DNA from: a virus
Length of the DNA stretch: 64,000 nucleotides
Strand: one strand, 5' to 3'
Virus record (IMG/VR): IMGVR_UViG_3300009593_000014
Span: 1-64,000 of that record
Positions 10,437 through 20,660 of this stretch are shown here, piece after piece. A program made the translations under genes and the position numbers. The notes under the pieces are model-generated. The model made no database searches and was not told the DNA's origin. It saw nothing but the letters and a program-made list of their open reading frames with translations. Each line of letters starts with the position of its first letter. Within the stretch, counting starts at the first letter, position 1.

Positions 10437-10629
10437 TGTTAAGACGGTTATATACTTTCCTTTTATTATCATTCCACTTTTGAAGCAAAGGCTCAATTCT
10501 ATACCCGCAAATCAAACAAGAAACTTCGATTGTCTCTCTATATCTTGGACCCTCCAGCATCTTGCCACGACACTTGGGACAGATGATTGATACTTTAATC
10601 TTTTTATTTTGTGGTTTGAATTTATCCAT
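10408..10629 (-). CDS. small zinc-ribbon protein
   Basis: CPKCRG...CLICG. Confidence 0.7.
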   Translation of the reverse strand: MDKFKPQNKKIKVSIICPKCRGKMLEGPRYRETIEVSCLICGYRIEPLLQKWNDNKRKVYNRLNNERSRKASK

Positions 10630-10823
10630 TATTTTACAGTTGCTGCTGTGTTTGGATCTCCAACTTTAGTTGCTGCAATGCTCTTGACGGCTGATATAAG
10701 CGCGCCCATTCCAGCAACGCTGGCTGCTTTTGTGCTTGACAGATCCGACACAGTAAATACAGCCAAAAAGCTCTGTACTGCAGTCCAAACTGCTCTTTCA
10801 ATAATATCTTTATATAGACTCAT
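10629..10823 (-). CDS. holin (actinophage r1t-like)
   Basis: 64 aa, ERAVWTAVQSFLA followed by two hydrophobic segments and SAVKS; strong AGGAGG SD. Confidence 0.8.
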   Translation of the reverse strand: MSLYKDIIERAVWTAVQSFLAVFTVSDLSSTKAASVAGMGALISAVKSIAATKVGDPNTAATVK

Positions 10824-10872
10824 ATAGGTCTACCTCCTATGTATGCCCCGAGGGGTCTTTCTCTACCAGAGA

Positions 10873-12045
10873 TCAGTCAGTGTCAAGCCAAACAGTATAT
10901 TCGGCTGTAACCATGCCTTTCTCTGGGTTTACGAACATTAACGGTTGCGAAGGTCTACCAATAGCGCCCAAAGTTTCAACTGCGTATTCATTAGTTGACT
11001 CTGTGCTACCAGAGACTCTGCAAGTAACCGTATTGAATGTCATGCGAGTTGGCTGATGCCAATGCCCGATGAACACATCGTCGAAGTGTTGATTTATAGC
11101 ACCAACTCTCCAACCAAAAATCTTTTTCTGAAACTGATAGAATGAGCCAAAAGATCTAAACTGATCTCCGTGGCAAAGCAAGCAGCTATAGTTACCTATT
11201 TCTGGTATAGCATACCAACGACCTTCTCCACGACCATCTGGGATGTCGAAGGTTATTCTATCCTCATCTGAAAATACTAAATCCATGATGCGATAAAGCA
11301 TACGGTCAGCATTGGTTTCAGGATCATGATCCTTCCTTCCGCGACCACCTATGGCACCATGGTTTCCAATCACCGCAGTTACTTTAACACTACGGAAATT
11401 TTCTAACATCTTTCTAAAGAATGCTGTCATAATTCTTGGACCATCAACAGTTACTTGACGATACAATCCTCCATCAACGAGAAAACTTTGTCCGGGGAAT
11501 ATAAGTTCTCCCTCAACAATGTCTCCAAGAATCCACACCTCTAAATCCTTAACAGGATGGTCTGCTCTCTGAATGTCAGTCAAAGCAATAACTTTGTCAG
11601 CATAAAGAGCAACCCTTTCTTCACAGGTTATGGAATTATAACTCGGAGTTACCTTAGCTAACTGCCAATCAGACAGTACAGCAACAGCAACCTCTTCACC
11701 CTTGGTTCTTTTGTCTGCCTTGGGCGCTTTCGTGGGAGGTACAACATAATTTTCTGCTTGATCTGTAACCGCTCGGTATACAGACGAAGCAAGGTCTTCT
11801 TTTTTCGTTTTTAACTTCTCGAACTCTTGTACTAGTTTCGTATAAGCTAATTTTAATTCAACCTCGTTATTAATTTCAACATTACTCATTGGATCGTTTG
11901 GAACTCCAAATTCGTTTTGCTCTCTTCTATAAGAACAAACGATATTGTATTCCTGCTCCTTTCTACATCTAGGGTCAGCATATTTTTGATTGTGAGTGTT
12001 CGGGGTGTACATCACTGAGCACCCTTCACCTTGACATTGTTTCAT
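10873..12045 (-). CDS. calcineurin-like metallophosphoesterase with N-terminal Cys motif and coiled coil
   Basis: LSDWQ, LGDIVEG, IGNHG, CHGD, GHWH motifs. Confidence 0.85.
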   Translation of the reverse strand: MKQCQGEGCSVMYTPNTHNQKYADPRCRKEQEYNIVCSYRREQNEFGVPNDPMSNVEINNEVELKLAYTKLVQEFEKLKTKKEDLASSVYRAVTDQAENYVVPPTKAPKADKRTKGEEVAVAVLSDWQLAKVTPSYNSITCEERVALYADKVIALTDIQRADHPVKDLEVWILGDIVEGELIFPGQSFLVDGGLYRQVTVDGPRIMTAFFRKMLENFRSVKVTAVIGNHGAIGGRGRKDHDPETNADRMLYRIMDLVFSDEDRITFDIPDGRGEGRWYAIPEIGNYSCLLCHGDQFRSFGSFYQFQKKIFGWRVGAINQHFDDVFIGHWHQPTRMTFNTVTCRVSGSTESTNEYAVETLGAIGRPSQPLMFVNPEKGMVTAEYTVWLDTD

Positions 12046-12090
12046 TAAATCTCCTTGATTTATTTAAAACTACCGTAGCAGCAATAATTA

Positions 12091-12534
12091 CTATTCGCAA
12101 CCATCGGTATTTTTATTTTTTAAATCTCTAATTGTTTTTTTCTTGTTTTTCGCTCTCATTGTCTTTCTCATATGGTCTTTATACTCCATGGGCTGCACCA
12201 GACCCTCACGATGTAAAGTGCTATGCTCTCCTGCTGTGCAGAGAAAAAGATTAGATACTCTATTGTCCTCTTTTATTTCATTAATATGATGAACTGACTC
12301 CCATGATTCAAGGTGTCTATCTAAAGCCTTCTCCATCACAAGTCTGTGCTCATAGACATATCCATGAACTTGATATGGATGCTCCGGTTGTCTAACTCGG
12401 ATGTATCCTTTATCGTCAACATACTTGCCTCCGTTCCAATTGGAATTTCCTTTGCCTTTGCGTGCTTCATTTCCCCATTTTAAATCGTCACGACGAGAAG
12501 CTAAGGAATTATGCTGACGATCCAATATCCTCAA
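12091..12534 (-). CDS. HNH endonuclease (probably homing-type)
   Basis: NWNGG, YVYEHRLVME, VHHINEIKEDNRVSNL, H..LH. Confidence 0.9.
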   Translation of the reverse strand: MRILDRQHNSLASRRDDLKWGNEARKGKGNSNWNGGKYVDDKGYIRVRQPEHPYQVHGYVYEHRLVMEKALDRHLESWESVHHINEIKEDNRVSNLFLCTAGEHSTLHREGLVQPMEYKDHMRKTMRAKNKKKTIRDLKNKNTDGCE

Positions 12535-13141
12535 CCCATATACGAATAGGTGCTGTGGCTGATGCTGTTACTTCATAAGTTTTTGCAGCATCATCAGTTA
12601 CTCTGTTGTTATGTATTAATGTAGCCTTGAATTCATGGGGCGTTGTTGAAGGGGAAGCCGTAGTGTCAATAATTGCCGAATAGTCTCCTGACGCAAAGTA
12701 TCTAGCATTAACAGTAGGATTAGTAGTGATAAAATTATATGTAGCTAAAACAGTATCTGTTGAAGAGACTGTTTGAACTATCTTTAAGGTCAGATCGCTA
12801 CCTGCGTGCCCTGACTGCATTTTTATATCAGGTATAGAAACACATACTTTATAGTACCTTTCCGATTCAAGAGAAACCCTTTGATCAGAGGAACCTGCCC
12901 CCGAAGTGTTATTGATATTAGCAATGACGTATGTGCTATCAGTTAGTCCTGTATGAAGTACACCATTAGTCTCAGTAGATACCTGTGTTGTGAAGCTATT
13001 CATAACAATCACGCCTTTTGCGTGTTTGTCAGTAGCGGACTTAACCTCTCCTATATTTGTAGTTATTTGCTGCATTCTGCCAGCGGTAATGGGCGTACCC
13101 AAAGACCAACTAACTGCATCATAATTGTCGTAATCAGCCAT
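12509..13141 (-). CDS. virion/tail-associated protein
   Basis: Beta-rich and Thr/Ser-rich; VSW..GTPITA..M start and WVEDIG end resemble minor tail proteins; follows the fibre gene. Confidence 0.6.
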   Translation of the reverse strand: MADYDNYDAVSWSLGTPITAGRMQQITTNIGEVKSATDKHAKGVIVMNSFTTQVSTETNGVLHTGLTDSTYVIANINNTSGAGSSDQRVSLESERYYKVCVSIPDIKMQSGHAGSDLTLKIVQTVSSTDTVLATYNFITTNPTVNARYFASGDYSAIIDTTASPSTTPHEFKATLIHNNRVTDDAAKTYEVTASATAPIRIWVEDIGSSA

Positions 13142-13197
13142 AATACTTAATTATACACCCTTCTCGGTTATGATTCCACACCAAAATCTAAAAAACA

Positions 13198-16065
13198 TTA
13201 TGACTCCAAAGCAGATAAACGAGCTTCCATTTCCTGAATAGCCTTAACTATTGGACCAATTAACTCTGTATATCTAATACCCTCTGTTGTAGCCCCATGA
13301 TTAGGATTATCCTCTGGGCTTAGATCATCACCCGAAGGTCTTGTTTCTTCTTCATCAGTATCAGAGATCCATAAAGCAGTATCAGAAGCGGCACCACCTA
13401 AAACATCTTTAACTTCTTGAGCAATAAGCCCATTATGTATCCTAACCCCCGCACGCCCTGCAGTCTCTTTCCATTTGAACTGAACTGGGCGCAAAGCCTT
13501 TATGAAATCTAAACCAAGTGTTGCATCTTGAATGTCTGTTTTGCGGTTTACGTCTGATGATTGAATAGTTCCGTTATCTGCGTAAATCGTGTCCCACGCT
13601 AAACTAGACGAACCAATGTTTTTCGTTCCATCGGAATACGGCATAAGTCCAACGCTATTAAAATACGCCTGCTCCAAGCCGTTAGCTCTAAAGTGAAGAG
13701 TTCCGTAAAGCTGAGAGCCGGATATACCAATGCGTGAATTATCACTGGACCTGCCAAACCTAAAGTAACCGCTAGACGAATCTCCAGTAGCGACTACAAT
13801 ACCAGCGGTGCCTGCTGTATTTGCAACCTGAAGATACTGCTCCGATGATCTTGTGAACCCCGAAGAAGTTGGACCAAAATCAACATTATCTTCTGCTCTT
13901 AAGACACCTTTTGCTCTCAACGTCCCATTAACTTCAAGTTTATGATCGACTTTCACATATTGAGATGCTTCAGTTGAACCAGAAGAAAGCGTAAGAATTT
14001 CATCAGAATGAATATAAACATTCTCACTTCCTGTTTCGCTAACAGTCACATAACCTGAACCCGAGCCGCTCTTCAAAGAAAGACCTGAATCAGAAACCCC
14101 ACCACCTCCACCAGTTATAGCACTGCCATATAAAAGGTAGCCATAAGCATCATCATCGCTGGTTGTTCCAAAACGTATTGCTGAGCCTCCAGACTCTGCT
14201 GTAGTATCAAACTTAATCCTGCTAGTGCTGTTGCCAGCAAATGTACCTGTGGCAGCGGTGAGACTGCCAGTAAATGTACCTGCAGCAGCACTAAGACTGC
14301 CAGCAAACGTACCTGTAGCGGCACTAAGACTGCCAGCAAACGTACCTGTAGCGGCACTCAAGGCTCCAGAATAAGTCCCTGTAGTAGCTGTTAGCGATCC
14401 TGATTTGCTTACCTTAAACGGAGCAGATGCATAAGTAGAATGACCAAGCCACATATTGCCCTCGGAATCAACATGGAAAGATTCAGTACCAATATCAATT
14501 GTTCCACCAGTTATGTCTCCAGAAACTGAAAAGGTTGATCCATCCCATTGAACTGACCCGGATGTTCCTCCTAAATAAAATGTACCATCAGGTTTTGCCC
14601 AAAATCCAGTTGTTCCTGACCCGAGAACTATTCCGTGTGTAGGATCTATCCATACACCAGCGTTAGCATCATCATAAGCACTCTTAGACCCCATCCTTAT
14701 ATAAGGAACGGTGCCTGCAGCACTAAGGATCAAAGAAGATGCCCCTGTATTTGCTTGCATGGTTCCTGCGCCTATAGTCCATGTGTCTGCGCCGCTACCT
14801 ATCTGACCACTGTTTGCATAAATACTGCCACGAGCAGTAATATCATTAAAAGTAACAGAGCCATTACTAGCAATCTGCCAGCCAGTCCTTGGGTCGGAGG
14901 TGTTGTCATAATTTGCACTAGATAATGTTTCTGCCACCTCAATCACACCCGCGCTAATCTCTGTTCCTGTTATTATCCCAGCCGCTATATTGGCAGCAGT
15001 AATTGTGTTGGCAGCTATTTCAGTGGCGGTTATTGATCCTGCTAAAATATCTACATTACCAGTAACTTCCAAAACATTAATTGCAGAAGCAAGAGTTATG
15101 TCAGTCGTTCCAGTACCACTAGATCCACTATCGTTAAGGTTTCTATAGTACGTCCACGGAGAAGTGTTTCCAGAGCTATCTCTAGCCCTAACTCTTAAAT
15201 AATAATCTGTTTTCGATGCCCCAGTACTTGCTCTTACGTCGAGATTGTTAACAAGAAAAAAGTTGCTCTTAGAAGAGCCAGAAGCCTTCATATTGCTGGA
15301 GTCATCAAACTGCTCAGCGCCATTGAGTGGGTTATTAGATATAGACACTTGGAACTCATACTGCCCCCTTCCGTCTTTAACATCAAACTCACTGTTATCA
15401 ACAAGCTGAACAAAGAAACCTTTAAATGTAGGATTCACGCCCTCGTCAAAACCAGACAATGTGTTGTTAAACACAGGGCGAGCAGGTGCTGTTGAATCAA
15501 CAGCAGGTGCTATAGCGGAGGATGTTGTAGCCGTACTAATAACCCCCAGAGGACTAATAGCATAGACGCTAACTTTGTAATAGATTGTTGATCCATCACC
15601 AGAAGCATTATCTATCCACTCAAACCTATGAGCCAGTTCTGATGTTTCCGCCGTTTGAGAAGCATAATAAGTACCAGCAGATCCGTTATCGCTTTTTTCT
15701 AGCTTAACTCGATATGTTGTATTAGACCCATCTTCATCTCCCGCCCAAGAAGCGTCAATATATATATTTCCATCAGAAATAGTAGAGGCAGAAGAAGAAA
15801 CAGAAAGGCTACTTGGAGTTGCAGGAGTAGATCCGTCAATAACGATTGAGCTTCCACCACCACCAACAGTAATGCTGTTTGTAGTTAATACACAGTTTTG
15901 AACGGTGTTTACAATAATGCTTTGCAACTGCCCCATATCTATAACATCTAATATGTCATAGGTGCTGAAGTCTATTCTAGATGAATCCTCTCCATTGTGG
16001 CTATGACCAGCCACTCTATAGAAAGTTATCTGATTTTCTGATATTCCTCTTTGATCGCTAGACAT
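13198..16065 (-). CDS. tail fibre/spike with Fn3-like domains and C-terminal intramolecular chaperone (peptidase S74)
   Basis: SSDVNRKTDI...GLDFIKALRPVQFKW...GLIAQEV...IVKAIQEM chaperone signature; Gly/Ser/Thr-rich repeats. Confidence 0.88.
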   Translation of the reverse strand: MSSDQRGISENQITFYRVAGHSHNGEDSSRIDFSTYDILDVIDMGQLQSIIVNTVQNCVLTTNSITVGGGGSSIVIDGSTPATPSSLSVSSSASTISDGNIYIDASWAGDEDGSNTTYRVKLEKSDNGSAGTYYASQTAETSELAHRFEWIDNASGDGSTIYYKVSVYAISPLGVISTATTSSAIAPAVDSTAPARPVFNNTLSGFDEGVNPTFKGFFVQLVDNSEFDVKDGRGQYEFQVSISNNPLNGAEQFDDSSNMKASGSSKSNFFLVNNLDVRASTGASKTDYYLRVRARDSSGNTSPWTYYRNLNDSGSSGTGTTDITLASAINVLEVTGNVDILAGSITATEIAANTITAANIAAGIITGTEISAGVIEVAETLSSANYDNTSDPRTGWQIASNGSVTFNDITARGSIYANSGQIGSGADTWTIGAGTMQANTGASSLILSAAGTVPYIRMGSKSAYDDANAGVWIDPTHGIVLGSGTTGFWAKPDGTFYLGGTSGSVQWDGSTFSVSGDITGGTIDIGTESFHVDSEGNMWLGHSTYASAPFKVSKSGSLTATTGTYSGALSAATGTFAGSLSAATGTFAGSLSAAAGTFTGSLTAATGTFAGNSTSRIKFDTTAESGGSAIRFGTTSDDDAYGYLLYGSAITGGGGGVSDSGLSLKSGSGSGYVTVSETGSENVYIHSDEILTLSSGSTEASQYVKVDHKLEVNGTLRAKGVLRAEDNVDFGPTSSGFTRSSEQYLQVANTAGTAGIVVATGDSSSGYFRFGRSSDNSRIGISGSQLYGTLHFRANGLEQAYFNSVGLMPYSDGTKNIGSSSLAWDTIYADNGTIQSSDVNRKTDIQDATLGLDFIKALRPVQFKWKETAGRAGVRIHNGLIAQEVKDVLGGAASDTALWISDTDEEETRPSGDDLSPEDNPNHGATTEGIRYTELIGPIVKAIQEMEARLSALES
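14229..14400 (-). repeat. 33-bp coding tandem repeat (TGTFAGSLSAA), about 5 imperfect copies
   Basis: gcactaagactgccagcaaacgtacctgtagcg repeats with a 33-nt period. Confidence 0.85.
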
Positions 16066-16066
16066 C

Positions 16067-19000
16067 TTATGGAACCTCCCTTAAAGTCACGGACTGTTCA
16101 ATACCTGCGCCCATGCTTGTATCTATTTGAATAACCCAATATTCTTTATTTGATATGCTTAAGTTATCAAAAGTACCTATCTTTATTCTATCACCTAATT
16201 GAAGTTGTGGCACACCTGCCATAGTTACAGACAGAACCATAACCACATTTTCAAATTTGTCTTTAATAAAAGAAGCGATTGTGCTCGCCCAAGTAGGATC
16301 AGTAATAAACTTATTAGAAATTTCTATTGATTTTAAGCCATATTTTTTAATACTTGGACTATTTTCAGCAGACTGCTCAATGATTTGAGAATTAGAGGAC
16401 TCTACGCCAACAGGCACTCCAGCAACTGATGCAAAGTAACTTAATTTTGTTATCTTATCTTGACCTTCAAGATAAATTAAATCCCCTACTGAATTGTCAT
16501 TCGTAGCGCTAAACACAGCTTCTGCTCCATAGAAGTTAGGCTCCCACACATCGACACCAATCAAGCTAGGCTCTTCAAAAACAGAGGCAGATACTAAGGG
16601 GTATTTAACATTTATGGCTGGAGCCTGGGAGTATTGTAAGGAGAACTTCTTAACCTCTCTGACCTTCGCCGCAGTGCTGTGGGAGGCGGCAGTTGTACCA
16701 AACATCCCCCTAGTTACGCCATCAAAGCTGCTGGAGGTTTTGCTATTGTATTGCATGATTTCATCATCAATTTTAAAGTATCCAGACTCATACCAAGGAA
16801 ACTCTCCTTCAGTCGTTCTAACAGGAACAGAAGTAACACTGTTGTTAATGCCCGAAGACAGTGCAGTCACAACCAACGTGGTGGGGGCAGGTGCTCTCCA
16901 TAGGTTTTGAAGACCAGCAGCCTCCACTTGTGGATCATTTATTTTAACTACAACTTTATTCGCCTGAAGATCGATAGGCACATCGCCGCTAATGACAAAA
17001 TTATCGTCAGATAGTGTTTTTTGAACCGTACTGTGTTCGCTTATAAAAGATTCATAAAATCTATTGTAATGATAATAATTAAATTTATTATATTCATCAA
17101 AGACAAACATCCCCAAATCGGCTGTAGCTATTTCTTGCATTATTGAAAAGACTGAATCGCTATTGCCGAATAAGTATTCATAATAAGGTGTTTCTTTAAT
17201 GTTTATAGAATAATAATTATTAAGCACCTCATCTGCAGTCAGTGCTTTATTATACATTACAAATTCATCAAACTTTCCATCAAAATAATAATCAGCGGAC
17301 GAACCGCTTGATGAATCTGTGGATTTCCCAATTAAAATATCACTACTAGCCCAAGAAGTATGACCACTTCCAGTCGCGGAGCCTTTCAAAACGCCATTAA
17401 CATAATAACTTAATGTAGTACCATCGTAAGTTGCAACTACATGTGTCCACACAGAGCTTCCAAAACCAACTGTTCCCGAAACATCAACCGTCAACAATGA
17501 CGAACCATCATACAGGTACACACCATTTGCCGAGGATGTGTGGAACAGCCCCCACCCTTTAGACGCGCTATGTGCATCATCAATATTCCCAGCATATACT
17601 CCCTTACCTGCTATTGGTGATTCAAACTTAGCAAAAACCTCCATAGAATAAGACCCGGTGTAATTGTCAGAAGTTGACAATGCAGTATTTAAAGAAGCAT
17701 CGTATGGTACTTTGACATGTTGATAGTGGCTTGTTGAAGCATTATTGAAATCAGTAGACCTACCAGAAGCATCAGATGTCATACCAGATGACTGACTTAA
17801 GCTTACTGGCGAGGAACTGTTCAAATAAACTCCATGATTGAAATGATCATAACTATTAGAATAGGCTGATGATACATAGGTGTCTCTAATCCCAATAGAA
17901 TCTTTGGCTATAGCAAGCCAAGTTGAAGAATAAGGCACATCAGCATAGCTTGATCCACTATTCGTTGAATACTCCCAAACAAGCTTTTGTGTTCCATACC
18001 AGTGATAGTACTCAATGTGCACTTTGTATGCAGCATTCGCTCTTAACGAACCAACATCAACTACATATGAGCAATCAGTATTATATGGTGTATCTACGTT
18101 GTTATATTTATCTAAAACCAAGTTATCATTAATCCAAACTTTTATACCTGCATTTTGCACTGTAAATTTAAACAAGGTGCTGCTTGAGCTTGCTGGGACA
18201 TAGTAGGTATAAAACTCAGCATTAATATATTGCGTATTACCTCCTGAAGTGTTTGCGCCAGCAAAAACATCAGAACTACCATTGTTTAGATTGTTTATAT
18301 TTAATGCGTCAGTAGAGGAACTAACAATTTCCCTAACAACCGGCGTTACTGACTTATCTATCTCCTTGACCGTATCTCTCAAAGCGCCTATTTCTATGTC
18401 TATTCCCTCAACTGGATTCCAACGCTCTTGCGATTTGTTCCACCAATGCCCCCAAACGCCTTTGTCCGCAATGTTAGTAGATAGACTTTGATTGTTAGGA
18501 TTTCCATCATCAAATTCAAGATGCACAATTCCTGATTTTTCTATTACTTCATCTTTAAAACGTTTAATCACATTCAAATTAGCCCGAGGAAAATTGGTTT
18601 TTAAAGCCAAATCGCCAACAGCAACGCCAGCCAAAGTGTCTCGAACAAAAAAACCATCATCGATCATGAATTCGCTTAAAAACTTTGTATAGTCTCTGAA
18701 CTGACCAGATACAGTCATATCTGAACCGACGGTCCATTGATCTATCCAAAAAGTACCAAACGGCACATATTCATATGTATTTGCAACATCATCAACTAGG
18801 ACTCCAAAATCAATTGTAAGCTTTATATCCTTCTTCATATAAGGCCCAACGCCAGAAGTTGAAAAGGGACTGAACCGACCATTGGTATTGTCCAACACCA
18901 AATCTCCAGCATTTGCACCAGTAGACCCTACTGGCAGAGAACTGTTGTGCAGGGTATGGACTTTGTTTACCTTGGTATTTACAATGTATTGAGATAAATC

Positions 19001-19690
19001 CTCTCTATATATTGGAATAATTTCATTTATCCTAGCGAAGTCGTCTTTGTTTCTAGTAGAGAGAGCGCTTATCCTGATCCCTATTAGTGACAGATAGTTT
19101 CCATTATTTATTTCACTCTCGTAATAATAAGAATCCGACGATATGTCTGCAGACGCGGCATGTGTTGTCCAAGATGCTGAGCCTTCTAATTTATACTCAA
19201 CCTTTATAGAACTAACCTGACCATAGAATTCAGAAGTGTTGACTCTGATGTGTGTACACCTAGCCGCGTCAAACGATAGTTCGACATACGGCGCTGTGCT
19301 AAAGTTCCCTGTGGATGCGTCCGATCTTGAAGCGCTCCACCAACCAAACTCATATCTAGAGTTGTCTTCATCAGGCATTACCGACCATTGACCGTTGCAT
19401 TTTATGGTATGACCGTTAGTATCGAGGGCACCACAAACAGCCCATAAATAAGCTTGCCTTTCCCATCCGTTAGCAGATTGTGCCGGTGAAAAGAAGTGAC
19501 CAGTAGCGCCCTTCGCCTCACTTGCGTGTGCATCGTTTGTCGTGGCTGCGACTACAGAACCAGAATTTTCCAAATGGCGTGAATCAAGCCAATCAATATT
19601 CACACGAATCTTAGTTGAAAGCATAGAGCCATCAACAGCCTCAGTAAATGCAGAAGATAGCGTAGAATTGTCACTATTTTTAACTATCAT
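16067..19690 (-). CDS. large minor tail/tip protein with PA14-like and LamG-like carbohydrate-binding domains
   Basis: GIKVWINDNLVLD...HIEYY (PA14-like); WTHVVATYDGTTLSYYVNG...FDGKFDEFVMYNKALTADEV (LamG); QLQLGDRIK tail-protein end. Confidence 0.85.
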   Translation of the reverse strand: MIVKNSDNSTLSSAFTEAVDGSMLSTKIRVNIDWLDSRHLENSGSVVAATTNDAHASEAKGATGHFFSPAQSANGWERQAYLWAVCGALDTNGHTIKCNGQWSVMPDEDNSRYEFGWWSASRSDASTGNFSTAPYVELSFDAARCTHIRVNTSEFYGQVSSIKVEYKLEGSASWTTHAASADISSDSYYYESEINNGNYLSLIGIRISALSTRNKDDFARINEIIPIYREDLSQYIVNTKVNKVHTLHNSSLPVGSTGANAGDLVLDNTNGRFSPFSTSGVGPYMKKDIKLTIDFGVLVDDVANTYEYVPFGTFWIDQWTVGSDMTVSGQFRDYTKFLSEFMIDDGFFVRDTLAGVAVGDLALKTNFPRANLNVIKRFKDEVIEKSGIVHLEFDDGNPNNQSLSTNIADKGVWGHWWNKSQERWNPVEGIDIEIGALRDTVKEIDKSVTPVVREIVSSSTDALNINNLNNGSSDVFAGANTSGGNTQYINAEFYTYYVPASSSSTLFKFTVQNAGIKVWINDNLVLDKYNNVDTPYNTDCSYVVDVGSLRANAAYKVHIEYYHWYGTQKLVWEYSTNSGSSYADVPYSSTWLAIAKDSIGIRDTYVSSAYSNSYDHFNHGVYLNSSSPVSLSQSSGMTSDASGRSTDFNNASTSHYQHVKVPYDASLNTALSTSDNYTGSYSMEVFAKFESPIAGKGVYAGNIDDAHSASKGWGLFHTSSANGVYLYDGSSLLTVDVSGTVGFGSSVWTHVVATYDGTTLSYYVNGVLKGSATGSGHTSWASSDILIGKSTDSSSGSSADYYFDGKFDEFVMYNKALTADEVLNNYYSINIKETPYYEYLFGNSDSVFSIMQEIATADLGMFVFDEYNKFNYYHYNRFYESFISEHSTVQKTLSDDNFVISGDVPIDLQANKVVVKINDPQVEAAGLQNLWRAPAPTTLVVTALSSGINNSVTSVPVRTTEGEFPWYESGYFKIDDEIMQYNSKTSSSFDGVTRGMFGTTAASHSTAAKVREVKKFSLQYSQAPAINVKYPLVSASVFEEPSLIGVDVWEPNFYGAEAVFSATNDNSVGDLIYLEGQDKITKLSYFASVAGVPVGVESSNSQIIEQSAENSPSIKKYGLKSIEISNKFITDPTWASTIASFIKDKFENVVMVLSVTMAGVPQLQLGDRIKIGTFDNLSISNKEYWVIQIDTSMGAGIEQSVTLREVP

Positions 19691-20160
19691 AACTCAGTAA
19701 ACTCCATTGCAATATCGTAAAGAACGCCACCTTCAAAGTCTCTTCTCAAGAAAAGATTTTCGCTGTAGGATGAAGCGAAAACATCGTAAGAAAGATAGCC
19801 AGTGCCATCATTTTTTTTAATATATAATTTTATTTTACTACTAGAACTACATAGGGTTTTTAAACTAATTCTGCCCGGTCTTCCATCATAAGTATGAGAA
19901 TAAGTGTCAGGCAACATAGCCCACTCGCATGAAATTTTTAATTTATTCATATGGGGAGGGTAATACGTTCCAGACCTTCCTGTATGTCTTCTTACAGTTT
20001 TTACCTGTGATCTCTGAAGACTAAATGAGGTTTTTCTTCCGTGGTCGGTCACATCTTCACCGTTTAGCATCATGTAGGGTCTATCCCCCCAGTTCGCATA
20101 GGTTCTCAAAGTAGTGGTTCCCACTCCAGATATAGAACAAGATCTAGTTACTGTAGCCAT
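19687..20160 (-). CDS. minor tail protein (distal-tail-like)
   Basis: Downstream of the tape measure; resembles its neighbour (YSE.L..R......YD....F.EL). Confidence 0.65.
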   Translation of the reverse strand: MATVTRSCSISGVGTTTLRTYANWGDRPYMMLNGEDVTDHGRKTSFSLQRSQVKTVRRHTGRSGTYYPPHMNKLKISCEWAMLPDTYSHTYDGRPGRISLKTLCSSSSKIKLYIKKNDGTGYLSYDVFASSYSENLFLRRDFEGGVLYDIAMEFTEL

Positions 20161-20660
20161 TACAACTCCTCAAAACTTATAGATACATCATAATAATAGC
20201 ATCCATTTAACTCGTCCCTGCGTAATAGTTGTTCAGAATAGCCGTTAACAGTGCACACTGCTGTTTGATAATCAAAATTAGAACTTTCAGATGTATAATC
20301 AGGTAAGTACTCTATTACAATATCGCTATCTGCACTTGCTAAGTTAAATAAATCATCTCTCCCAGTATAGCCATCTACAGTCATAGAGCTTCTGTCGGGA
20401 AGGTATTTGAAGGACAATGAAAATTTCTTCTTGGACCTAACATAGAATCTTTTTCTATTTCCAGAAGCAAGAGTTACAACTTTTTCAACAGCGTCAACTG
20501 TTGAAGTATATTCTCTGTTGTGCGCAGTAATGGTGTGACCATTAGCCTTCATTAGTGGTTTTATAGACTGAGGCACCGAGCCTCTGCTTTTGCCTACAGA
20601 GTCAGTTGCCAACACCCTACCTACACCGTAGATTGACGAAGACCCTTCATGAACAGCCAC
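20160..20660 (-). CDS. minor tail protein (distal-tail-like)
   Basis: Immediately after the tape measure; YYDVSISFEEL end is typical of Dit-like proteins. Confidence 0.7.
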   Translation of the reverse strand: MAVHEGSSSIYGVGRVLATDSVGKSRGSVPQSIKPLMKANGHTITAHNREYTSTVDAVEKVVTLASGNRKRFYVRSKKKFSLSFKYLPDRSSMTVDGYTGRDDLFNLASADSDIVIEYLPDYTSESSNFDYQTAVCTVNGYSEQLLRRDELNGCYYYDVSISFEEL